A DNA stretch of 64,000 bases, from NCBI GenBank assembly GCA_977017645.1, contig OZ360225.1, positions 111,600,001 to 111,664,000 of the forward strand. Reading direction: 5' to 3'. This DNA comes from Torpedo marmorata. Its lineage: Eukaryota. Within the stretch, counting starts at the first letter, position 1; each line of letters opens with the position of its first letter. Made by a program: the position numbers and the translations under genes. The notes below the pieces were generated by a model. The model made no database searches, was not told the origin of the DNA, and worked only from the letters and a program-made list of their open reading frames with translations. Shown here in pieces: positions 25,479 through 35,600 of this stretch.

Positions 25479-26782
25479 TCGGCCCCGTGTAATCCTCGTG
25501 CTAAAATCAGATCCTTATTTGTTTGGCTCGAGAGCCATTAATCCCTAAATCTGGATCAGAAGCACGAGGGAAAGGGCTGCAGGAGAACACTCTGGCTGCA
25601 CAGAGCCGCCATACAACTAGTTGGGAGAGGAACGTCTACCTCTGTGCCGCCGGCCGGAGATGTGGTACATCGAAGTCAGCGTCAATACAGAGCTTATACC
25701 TTTATTTGTCATTATTTGCGAAGATGATATGTATCTCTATTGGCTGCTTGCAGCCCCAACCTTCTTGAAAGACGTGCATCTGACATTTCTACAGCTAAAC
25801 TTTGCTGTACTTCGGTTCCATGGACGATGTCGTGGTTTTGATGATCGCTGACGGACTTGGCCTTCGAGAAAGCCCCCAATCATCAACCCCATCCCGACCA
25901 AATAAACCTCACTCTCTGCAGTTTGTGTGGTGATCTGCTGGAGCCTCAGTAGCTCTGTAGGTTTCCTCCTGGTCGCCCCAGGAGAGTAGTCTGTGTTGCT
26001 CTGTGTGTTCTCAGCGTACTCATTCAGTAATGCGGCTGGATAGTTGATCCCGGCAAAAGACCCCCCCCCCCCGCCCCCAGAAAATGCCTTTTATTAATCT
26101 GTACTTTGCAAGCATTTCTACGGACTATTTACCGGCGTGGGGACCACCTATTTGGAGAGCTTTTGTTTAGTTCATGGACGGCCAAACCTTGAATGTTTAC
26201 AGATGTCTTTGTGTCTTACAGAGTGTTTAACCGTTTACTGCGCCTGATGGCCGCCGAAAATCAGCGTTCCTTACTAAAGTTCCTGTGGTTTGTATTCTTT
26301 ATAGGAGATGCCCCCACTCTCACCTTTACCTTTACCGACCGACCGCTCGAGAGGGGGAATCAGTCCGCCAATCCAGAAGCTTCTTTTCGGCATGCCCGAC
26401 CCAACGCTTGTGCAAAAAAGGAAGACAGAGGAGAATGTACACCATAAAGATACTCAAAGCATTTTCCTCGACGCGGACCTCAAGCCCGGATCTTCTGCAA
26501 GGGTCAGTCATCAGTGCAGTGACCATCCTTACAGCTGCTGTGGGTAAATGCATCCACACACTTCTCCTTGAGAACCGGGGCCCTGAACAGTGATTTCGAT
26601 TGATATGTATTTTGGTTTGTTTATTATGTATTATCTATTTGAACGTGACAATGTTTTGCAGTATGAATATACAAATTAGCATCTGCAGCTCTGCGGAGTG
26701 GCAAGTGCCTGACCAGATGGGCTTCCCTGCACACAGGGGACTGGGCAGGTGCCTCATCTACTGCTTTTGCGCACTGCAGAGA

Positions 26783-26813
26783 GGGGAGGGGAAGGGAGGG
26801 AGGAGGGGGAGGG
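26783..26813 (+). other. Polypurine, G-quadruplex-prone tract upstream of miR-124
   Basis: GGGGAGGGGAAGGGAGGGAGGAGGGGGAGGG has six runs of 3 or more G and is followed by GA-rich sequence to ~26858. Confidence 0.6.
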
Positions 26814-27342
26814 AGGATAAACAAGAGAGAGAGATAAGATCCAAGAAAGAGAGGGAGACCGAACAACTAAATCACCCCTTTTAACTCAAATTGGTTCGTG
26901 ATCAAAAAGGAAACGCAGTTTCTATGTTTTTATGTTTATCCCCCCTCATCTCACCCCCACCCCCAATCGAATCGTGCTTACCATGGTTAAACGCATGTAA
27001 AGTTTATGGCTACATTCTTCATTAGTGTGAGCTCACCTCGTCAAATCCGGACTAATGGCAAGACCCTTGGAATCAATTCAATTTTGTACAGTTACAAAAA
27101 CAAAACAAAAAAATGATACCCCATCATCTCAACCGGATCTTCGTATAGCGAGGTAGAATGGCTACAATTTACATTGCAGTCACTTTAGCGAGGTAAACGT
27201 AATCAGCAGACAAAAGAACAATGTTCACAGCCGATTTTGAATCGGATTTATTGGGTTTATATTTTTCTCACAATCCACCGAGTGAATAATTGTGCTGTGG
27301 AATTGATGATTAATTCTTCCTCTTTTTCCTTCAAGCTGATGG

Positions 27343-27430
27343 CAGACTCGCGCTCTCCGTGTTCACAGCGGACCTTGATTTAATGTCATACAATTAAGGC
27401 ACGCGGTGAATGCCAAGAGCCGAGCCACTG
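27343..27430 (+). ncRNA. mir-124-2: pre-miR-124 hairpin (mir-124-2 type): 5p 27358-27379, mature 3p 27395-27416
   Basis: Exact miR-124-5p CGTGTTCACAGCGGACCTTGAT and miR-124-3p TAAGGCACGCGGTGAATGCCAA. The loop TTAATGTCATACAAT and 3' flank GAGC.GAGCC...CTGCACT match mir-124-2 as I recall it. Lower stem GCTCT/AGAGC and CTCG/CGAG; CNNC motif (CTGC) at 27432-27435. Confidence 0.98.
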
Positions 27431-27939
27431 ACTGCACTATACCAGCAACTTGAACAAACTTCATATCAAATCAAACCCACCACAAGCACATAACCTCCCT
27501 CATCGGCGCCCATTTACAACCCAGCGGACAGCACTGAAAATACAAAAGCACGTCCAAAATAGAACCAAATTACCTAATTCACTTCAAAGGCATAATACGT
27601 TGTGGATAATGCTAATGCTATGTACAGCATTTTTGCATTATAATTTTTATATATAAAATGACAATAAAACCATACGATATCATTTGTGGCAATTCAATGT
27701 TAGCATCCTAATATGATAACCTATTTCTACGAATGCAATAAGGTCCCTCAAAAGGTCCTATTGGACAAGGACAACGCGGAACGTGAATGAAAACAACTCG
27801 GTGTCACAGCGCCCCTAGCTGAGCCATTCTTGCCTGTTCGAGGTGCGCACGAACTGACAATGTCTTCTGCTTCATTTGAATGCAGGCCGCAGAAAATATC
27901 CCGAAAATAAAAGCACTGTTACACTGCAACTGCGATTCT

Positions 27940-28130
27940 CATCCAGAGGCCCTATTGAAAATCGCAAAGTGTTAATTGACAGATGTGTTGAGGTGACTTG
28001 GCCCTCTCTAAGTACATAATGCACTCCACCTTTCAAAATCCAAACTCCCACATCTGCAGCACAGTGTGCTCCTGACCAGTCCTTTCTTTTACCCACTGAC
28101 CGCTGTTGTCAGGCACTAATTGATTGCTGC
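27940..28130. promoter_or_regulatory. Candidate conserved non-coding enhancer downstream of miR-124
   Basis: Overlapping TAATTG/TGACAG/CAGATG in GTTAATTGACAGATGTG (~27971-27987), CATCTG at ~28051, and TGTCAG plus CTAATTGATTG at ~28106-28126. Confidence 0.35.
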
Positions 28131-29083
28131 CTCCAGGCGCTGCATGGATTGTTTTTAGCTTGCTCAAAGATGACGAAAGAGCGAAGTTTTTAGTATAATG
28201 TGATTATTTCTTTGGCGAATGGACTTTTGGAAAGAATACAATAAGAAACGGCTGACAGGTGTCAGTGAATCTGTTCAACCTTCGTTACATTCAAACGCTT
28301 TCGGAGGAGTGGAGCGAACGCTATTCACATAACCAAAGTGACAGAAAGCTTTTGTTAAACAATCGAAGGAAAATAATCAGTATTTGCACTCCGGTGGAGT
28401 TTGCAAAGCATGTGGAAAACGCCTGGTGCGTTTTAATCAATTGTATCATAAAATTATAAAAAATGGGGAAATAATTAATAATTATTTCCCTCGTTTGAAT
28501 AGTCAGAGATCCGGTGCTCCAAGAGCTTCCGCTGGGACCAAGCGATGACCTTAAATGCAAACGGCTGCTAACGTCTCCGTATTTTGCTTCAATGGGTTGT
28601 TTTAGCCTAACTTTGGAAAATGTAACCAGTCAAGAAGAAATATGCAGAGACAAAATAAAATACATAAAATGATTCTAAAGTAGGATTAGTTTTCCATGAC
28701 AAACCACACGCTGTTCGCCTTGTGAGAATGCCCCAGTTCAAAGGATACATTTGATCCCAATTAACTGGCAACTTGCTCGAAAAATATATTTATTAAATCG
28801 AGCCAGTACCGAGCTAAACTTTACTGCAAATGCATAGGAAAACAGAAATAAAATGCAGTGTATTCTGGGCACAGCTTTGAAACCTTTCTATAATTTTACT
28901 GCTCTTAACCCACGTAACTTGAATTGGGTCTTTTTAATGTCACTTTCGGAATATCTTTTCACCAACTTTTTAATTCCTTAAGCGAATATTTTGGAAAGTT
29001 TACAGCATAATACATCGAATAATTGTTCGTAATGCAGCAACCTTAGAAGGATTTTAACGTTTCTGTTTTTATGTTTGCAAATA

Positions 29084-29818
29084 ACGGCATACGTACCCTG
29101 TATAACACGGTTAATACGTTCCAAGCAAATTCAGAGCTATGGAAAACCGCACTGTTCAAAGCATTATTACAATGCACTTTAATGTAATACGTTCCAATCC
29201 TATAAAAGGGATATATAAAACTGATCTTTATTGGCAATAGATCTTTATTGATAACAAGTGAACGTCGTTTATTTAAGAAAATATTTGTCTAATGTAGATT
29301 TGTGTCAAATCGCTCACATGAGACTTTCACCAAAGTTAGATCGGTACCACCGCGGGATAGTGCAGGGAGCCTGATCACAGCGGGGACAGCAATAACTTTC
29401 AACGCAGCCACTTAACTCTCTCTATTCCACAGCAAATTCCAGGGGTTCCCCTCCATACAAACTGGCGTTGTTCAGTGGTTGGAAACTCGCTGGTCTGCCA
29501 CATCAGAGCAGAGACGGGGAAAAAACCAGATTCCTATCAGTGTAAGGCAGCGTGCTGCGGGATAGTGCAGGGAGCCCGATCACAGCGGGGACAGCAATAA
29601 CTTTCAAACACAGCCACTTAACTCTCTCTATTCCACAGCTCAGAGCCTATAGTTCAAATATTTTTAAACTAGTGTCTTGCAAAGTATTATGAGGTGGTTT
29701 AAATAGCAACAACAATAAAACTATAGCGTTGCAAATTTAAAACTGCGGGTCAAAGTTTCAAACCGCGTTATATCAAAACCCGCGCTTTTCGAAACCGTGT
29801 TATACTGGGTATGCCTTG
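29084..29818. mobile_element. Tc1/mariner (Tigger/pogo-like) MITE
   Basis: Left end TA-ACGGCA(TACG)TACCCTGTATAACACGGTT versus right-end reverse complement TA-CAAGGCATACCCAGTATAACACGGTT; TA flanks; no ORF. Confidence 0.65.
29352..29639. repeat. Direct repeat of ~82 bp (29352-29433 and 29557-29639) inside the MITE
   Basis: GCGGGATAGTGCAGGGAGCC.GATCACAGCGGGGACAGCAATAACTTTCAA...CAGCCACTTAACTCTCTCTATTCCACAGC occurs twice with about 3 differences. Confidence 0.95.
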
Positions 29819-32800
29819 TATACCGTAACGTTGCCTGCATTAAGGTGGTGACATCACTTCTAAACAGGGGCGTATCGGGATCGGGCAGGGGGCGTAGATC
29901 ATGGAAGATGTTCATTTTCGCGATTTTCAAATCTCTATTTGTGAATATGCGAATCTAATTCATTTGCAATGATTAATTCTATTTTGCATATTTCGCAGAA
30001 TATTAAACTTTCCAATCGCTTTAAAAAGTCTCCAACATGAAACGCACCCGGTATCCTTGTTTCAACGTGTAGAAGGAGACACCTTTCCCTAATACCTATT
30101 ACTTGCTAAATGTAAAGCATGGTTTGCTTTCTGGGTTAGAATTTATGGGAAAACCGTTTGTTAGTTACTCCATTTTAGATCGGATTGTCTGACCAAATTG
30201 ATTCAAATTAAGTTCCAAGCTCCGAAAAAGCTGCCTCGTCCAAACTCCCACCTTGGGCAATTTAGTTGCAATTTGCTGGGTTGGATCTAGGTGCGCGTCA
30301 ATTAAGGGTTGAAAGACGGGCAGTACTTGTCACGTTGACTTAGACTTCAAAGGTGAGACTATTTGTAGTTTTGGAATGGAAGGCTGGAAGAAACCTGTTT
30401 AGCGTTTATCTATTGATATAACCGGATGCTGAAGTCTAAATACCACCTGCTAAGGTGTCTTGCACTCGTTTCTTCCATAACAATAGAGGATTCATTTCCA
30501 TCCAATAATACTACAACCAAAGCTTCAGGTACCGGCAGATGGAAGAAGGCCGGTCTAAATGGTTCAAAATAAATTGACTACCGTGCAATCCCGACTCCGT
30601 TACGTTCACTAATTTAATCTTAACATGCTTCCTTGCAGGTAAATAACGACCTAATTGGCGCAGTTTCCCGATGTTGAGCTCGCGTCGCGGATTTTTTTTT
30701 TTCCTTTATTCAGGTCAGTTCTTTCTGCACTGCTTAAAGACGTGGTGGTGTGACACAGGAAGACAATGAGACTTCAGTGTTGGGATTGTTTGCCTCTTGC
30801 ACACCGAGAAATTGATAAAAAAAATTCCAAATGAATTTGCGTTTCTTTATTCCACTACCTGCACATATCTAACCTGTTATAGTTCACATAAAGCGCGGAA
30901 ATGTTGCGCCAATGTAAACCCCACATGCATACTTTTGCTTTATTCATTCCCAGCAAAATAAAATCAAAGATATATGGGAATTCAATATTGCCATTAAGGG
31001 ACCAGTGAATGTGATTTCCCACTTCCGGTAAAATCCTCATTTCACTGCTCTTTCCTGTTCCTTCAAAATAGATCACAAAATGTAACCAAGTTGAATTTTC
31101 AAGTTGCATTCTAAATCGCATCATTACAATATTCTAGTAAATTATCGCGGTCCTATAATGGTGCTGGTATTAGTTTCCATCTTGTGATCGATTAGCACCG
31201 CAATTTGGTTTTTTTTTTAGCAACATCTTCATTTGAACAAAAACTACTTTGCGAGAAACCAGTTTCTTTCAAATTGTTATTGCATGTTCTTTTTGGAACC
31301 AACTTTTTCAAACACGTTTTCGTGTCCTCCGCTGGCAAGAAAATAGTATGACTGAACTGAGAGTATTTTCAATTTAAAAACAAATCATGTAATGTTTTCC
31401 TATTTTGAATCCAAATGATGACAAGAAGTAAAGATGTTTTAAGTGGTTCGGATCGAGCTCTACTTTCTAAATAGAATTCAGTCAGAATTTGTCGATCAGA
31501 AGATTTAATCCAGAATATCTAAAGCTTCTCGACACTAAAAATCAAAACAAAAATAAATTTAAATCAGGATGTGGATTAATGCTGGAACACAGGAAAGCAA
31601 GTTTGCTTGCATTCAACTGCACATTTTAAAACAATACACGAATGATGGGTTAATTTTGAGTTAAATCAAACCGATGCGTTTAATTAGAAGCAGAATTGGT
31701 CCGTGCTGAAGAAGGGGAAATTTGCAGCTTGATGAGCAAGGGCGGGGAGGCGGCTCGAGCGTCAGGATGAAATAAATGAGCCTAGCCTTCCGTTTGCGAC
31801 GTTGATCTTCGACATAGTTCTCGGCAATATGTTCAAAGGAAAACACGGCTAAACTTGATCTGCCAGAAGTGAGTGCATATCGATAATAACCGTATCCATC
31901 AAGCAATCAGGTCAAAAACGACAGCAGAAATAATCGTCATCAATCGTTTTAATTTCAATTTTGTATAGTTAGTCAGACTGAAAGAGTACCAGGCAGATTT
32001 GTGGCCTGTTACTTTGTCGGTCGCGACAGCAAGCTCTGCATGCCCGACATCTCGGTGCGGGTTTGAGATTTACAGTGCCCGCCTTGGCACTCAGAGCGTT
32101 AGCGCCGCCTCCAGGCGAGGAGAGAATGTGGATTATTATTACTCCCGGAATTGCTCCATAAGAGATAATAGGAACCATCACCTTAGATTTGGACAGGCAG
32201 AGAAACGGTATCTGAAAATCCGGTCACAATGATCAGAAGTGTTACATTCTAGGAAGTCTTCCTTTAAAAAAAGCTAAAATTAAATATTGATTTGATCTCA
32301 ATGAAGCGATTAAATGCTCAAACTATTCCGCCAGCAAATATTTCTGCTTGTGTTGGCTGCAGGGAGGCATAGGTTAAATCTCTATCGCAGATCTGAGCAG
32401 CAGTTTGAGTAGTTTGACCTTTCGCCCAGTACAATTGTGCGAATAAGGCAAACTGGAAAGAATACATTCAGCAGTCTCGACATGGTCGCTTGTGTTTATT
32501 CCACAGTCTGCCCACAAACAGCACACCGAATATTTTGAGATCACTCAGCATCACATTTGTGTGAGCAATATGGGATTATTGTGGATGCATAAAAATGTTA
32601 GCATGGATGCGGTGTGCTGTGCAGCTCAAGAATACTTATGCGCCTCCACCCCACCCGCAAACAGATTAAATGATTACCAGTTTAAATTTAAAAAGTCTCC
32701 TTTTGAAAAGTAAGGGATTTCCATTCAGCCCAAACATGCTCACACATTCCTCCAACCTTTTCACTTTCATCCACTTTCCAATCTAATCTGTTTCTCGATC

Positions 32801-33194
32801 CTGGAAGTGAATTCAACAACATATGACTTCTAACCTAAGTCTCTTGCATTTCATCATGTTTTTATGGCCCTGCACTGCTGACTCTCTGAGCAACTGGAAG
32901 CACCACGGTCTTCAATCTATCCATTCATAAGTATTTATGTTCCAAATTATGTTCTAATTTTTACAGTTGTGTAAAAGAATCTAATTTTTAAACACTACTT
33001 CCCCATACCTGATAGTGCACAATTAAATCTGCATCTTAATTCCTCTATTATCTCAACATTAAGTATGGAGCCCAACAAAGTGTAGCACTTTAGGCGGGTC
33101 ATGTGTTAGATCAGCATTATCTCTTGGTTTTTGATATTCTTTGTCTTTTGAGAAAGAATCGGGAAAATTAGTAATCAGAATGCAAAAAAGCAAA

Positions 33195-33300
33195 AATGTA
33201 GTTGTTGGAAGAACGCTGGAAATGTTCAGTGGGTCCGGCAGCATCTGCAGAGAAGGAAAGGAAATTAATGTTTCAGCTCTTTCATACGATCCTGTCAACC
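33195..33300 (-). mobile_element. Penelope-like terminal remnant
   Basis: GCTGGAAATGTTCAGTGGGTCCGGCAGCATCTGCAGAGAAGG...AATGTTTCAG, the same motif family as 42590-42720. Confidence 0.55.
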
Positions 33301-33704
33301 TGACACAGTATTTCCCTCCCTCTCTAGTTGTTTATTGGCCTATTTCTCTCTTTAAGGAGAGAGGGGGGTGGGGGGGGGGCTCTCTCCCTCGACCTAATGA
33401 AGTTTCCAGCATTTTCAGTTTATACTCTTGAAATGTCGTGTTTATTTTTACATCTTTATTGAACTGAAATGTTGTTTTTTGATATTCTGTAATCTTCCAT
33501 TTCACTGTGTTCTTCCATATTGCCATCTTCTTTCAATGCACTTTAAAAAAAAGATCTTTTGATAATAAAGTTGGTGGGAATCTGCACCAAAGTTGCCTAA
33601 TTTGCCATGTGTCTCCAACAATTTTTATTTAATATAAGGACTGCAGCTGCTAGAATTTTATTTCACTTTACAGGATCTTTGTATTTTGCTTTGTGTCTCA
33701 CTGT

Positions 33705-34230
33705 TATAGACAATAGGCAATAGGTGCAGGAGTAGGCCATTCGGCCCTTCGAGCAATCACTGTGATCATGGCTGATCATCCACTATCAGTACCCATATCC
33801 CTTGACTCCGCTATCTTTAAGAGCTCTATCTAACTCTTTCTTGAAAGCATCCAGAGAATTGGCCTCCACTGCCTTCTGAGGCAGAGCATTCCACAGATCC
33901 ACAACTCTCTGGGTGAAAAAGTTTTTCCTCAACTCCGTTCTAAATGGCCTAACCCTTATTCTTAAACTGTGGCCTCTGGTTCTAGACTCCCCCAACATCG
34001 GGAACATGTTTCCTGCCTCTAGTGTGTCCAATCCCTTAATAATCTTATATGTTTCAATCAGATCCCCTCTCATCCTTCTAAATTCCAGTGTATACAATCC
34101 CAATATCTCCAATCTTTCAACATATGACAGTCCCGCCATCCCAGGAATTAACCTCGTGAACCTACGCTGCACTCCCTCAATAGCAAGAATGTCCTTCCTC
34201 AAACCTGGAGACCAAAACTGCACACAATAA
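33705..34230 (-). mobile_element. CR1-type LINE 3' fragment (relatively young)
   Basis: Open 145-aa ORF QFWSPGLRKDILAIEGVQRRFTRLIPGM...FFTQRVVDLWNALP. The 3' tail reads (CAATAG)n-GTGCAGGAGTAGGCCATTCGGCCC on +. Confidence 0.92.
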
Positions 34231-34764
34231 AGATGGTATCATCAAATCTGTGTGGATTTTTGCACAAGTGTGCTTGTTTACTTAAATAAAAATATAAAAA
34301 CGGGCTTTTCAAGATTGAACAAGCTTCTCAGCAGTACTTAGTGCTGTTACAATGGTGAATTCGGAGAAACTATGAAGCAGAAAAAATCCTGGAATACTTG
34401 CATTTGTGTACAGGCAAGTAACACAATTGAGCAGTCTGTGTTTTATTGCCATATTATCATAATCACACCATAAAAAGTGAGCATAATTGGTCCAAAGGAG
34501 GGAATTTTAAAAGTCATCCACTTCGTGGAAAACGTCATACCCCAGGAGTATGCATTAGAAATTCAATAAAGCACGGCCGTTAACCTTGTATATACTAAAA
34601 TTAATAACCTTGTGTGCAGAAACTTTTCGGGAAATTGTTAAGGTGTCTTTTCAATTTTCTAAAACCAAATATATTTATTCGTATATCATCATAATTGCTA
34701 CGCCTGTTGTTCTCAGGCTTTTGGAAGCAATGCATGGAAGTGCTTAGTTTTACAACCATTCCGA

Positions 34765-34842
34765 TGTGCAGGCTTGTGATAAGAATCTCAGGGTTGTATG
34801 TGACGTCGTGTATGTACTCCGACAATAAATCTGAAATCTGAA
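34765..34842 (+). mobile_element. Rex1-type extreme 3' tail
   Basis: AATCTCAGGGTTGTATGTGA...GACAATAAATCTGAAATCTGAAA is nearly identical to 1109-1178. Confidence 0.8.
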
Positions 34843-35247
34843 AATAAAATGCTTTAAGCAGAGAAAGGTTCAATTTAATTGAAGCGTCCAGTTATGTTCT
34901 ACCCTGCTATATTTCCAATGTTTCTTTTAATTACTTTCCCTTCTGGAAATATATCTGGGTATTTCCTGAATTAATTGGAATGGTCTTTGCTATAACATAA
35001 TTCATGTAATAGCACACATGTGAAAACTTCATGGAAATCGGCTCAACGTTGTTATTGAGAAGAGTTGTCCAGTCTTATTTCCTGGTGTCTGTCCCCTAGT
35101 TATTCACTCTGTCGAGGTTTCTCATAATTCTATACTGCTCCGATAAATATCCCCACAAGCCTTTGCTATGCAAAGAAAACTAACCCAACCTACTTGATCT
35201 TTCTTTATAACTTAAATTGTCCAGCCCTGACAACATCCTCATCTGCA

Positions 35248-35600
35248 GCTCCATCGAGGACATCTACATGAGGCGGTGTCTTAAAAAAGCAGCCTCTATC
35301 CTCAAAGACCCCCACCACCCAGGCCATGCCCTCTTCACTCTGCTTCCATCGGGAGAAAGGTACAGGAGCCTAAAGACGAGCACTCAACGGCTCAAGGACA
35401 GCTTCTTCCCCGCTGCCATCAGATTCCTGAATAATCAATGAACCAAAGACACTGCCTTACTTTTCGTGCACTATTGTTTATAATTTTTTATAGTAATGTC
35501 GTAAGATGGTTAATATGAATGTTAATTGCACTATGATGCTGCCGCAAAACACCGAATTTCATGACTTGTTCATGACAATAAATTATGATTCTGATTCTGA
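35248..35600 (+). mobile_element. Rex1/Babar LINE 3' fragment
   Basis: RRCLKKAASILKDPHHPGHALFTLLPSGERYRSLKTSTQRLKDSFFPAAIRFLN, with tail AATAAATTATGATTCTGATTCTGA. Confidence 0.88.

Larger units (their letters stand above)
21600..27690 (+). ncRNA. Putative miR-124 host lncRNA (MIR124-2HG-like); limits and exons uncertain
   Basis: Plus-strand acceptor-like sites end at 25921, 26221, 26304 and 27335. Donor-like sites at 21871, 26544 and 27193; AATAAA at 27663-27668. No credible protein ORF. Confidence 0.35.
17600..33200. promoter_or_regulatory. CpG-rich, transposon-depleted regulatory domain around miR-124
   Basis: CG dinucleotides are visibly frequent here and scarce in the 2-11 kb and 37-64 kb flanks. 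No LINE ORF fragments occur in this interval. Confidence 0.65.

Noticed and set aside
27807-27821. CTCF-like CAGCGCCCCTAGCTG
   Set aside because: It is one C short of the core spacing, so the alignment to the consensus breaks.
29543-29589. TAAGGCA seed-like and TCACAGCGG 5p-like words near the direct repeat
   Set aside because: The matches are short, lie inside a MITE and form no convincing hairpin, so they are compatible with chance.
29352-29639. Repeat-spacer-repeat as a CRISPR-like array
   Set aside because: Only two long units, in a vertebrate context, with no cas genes.
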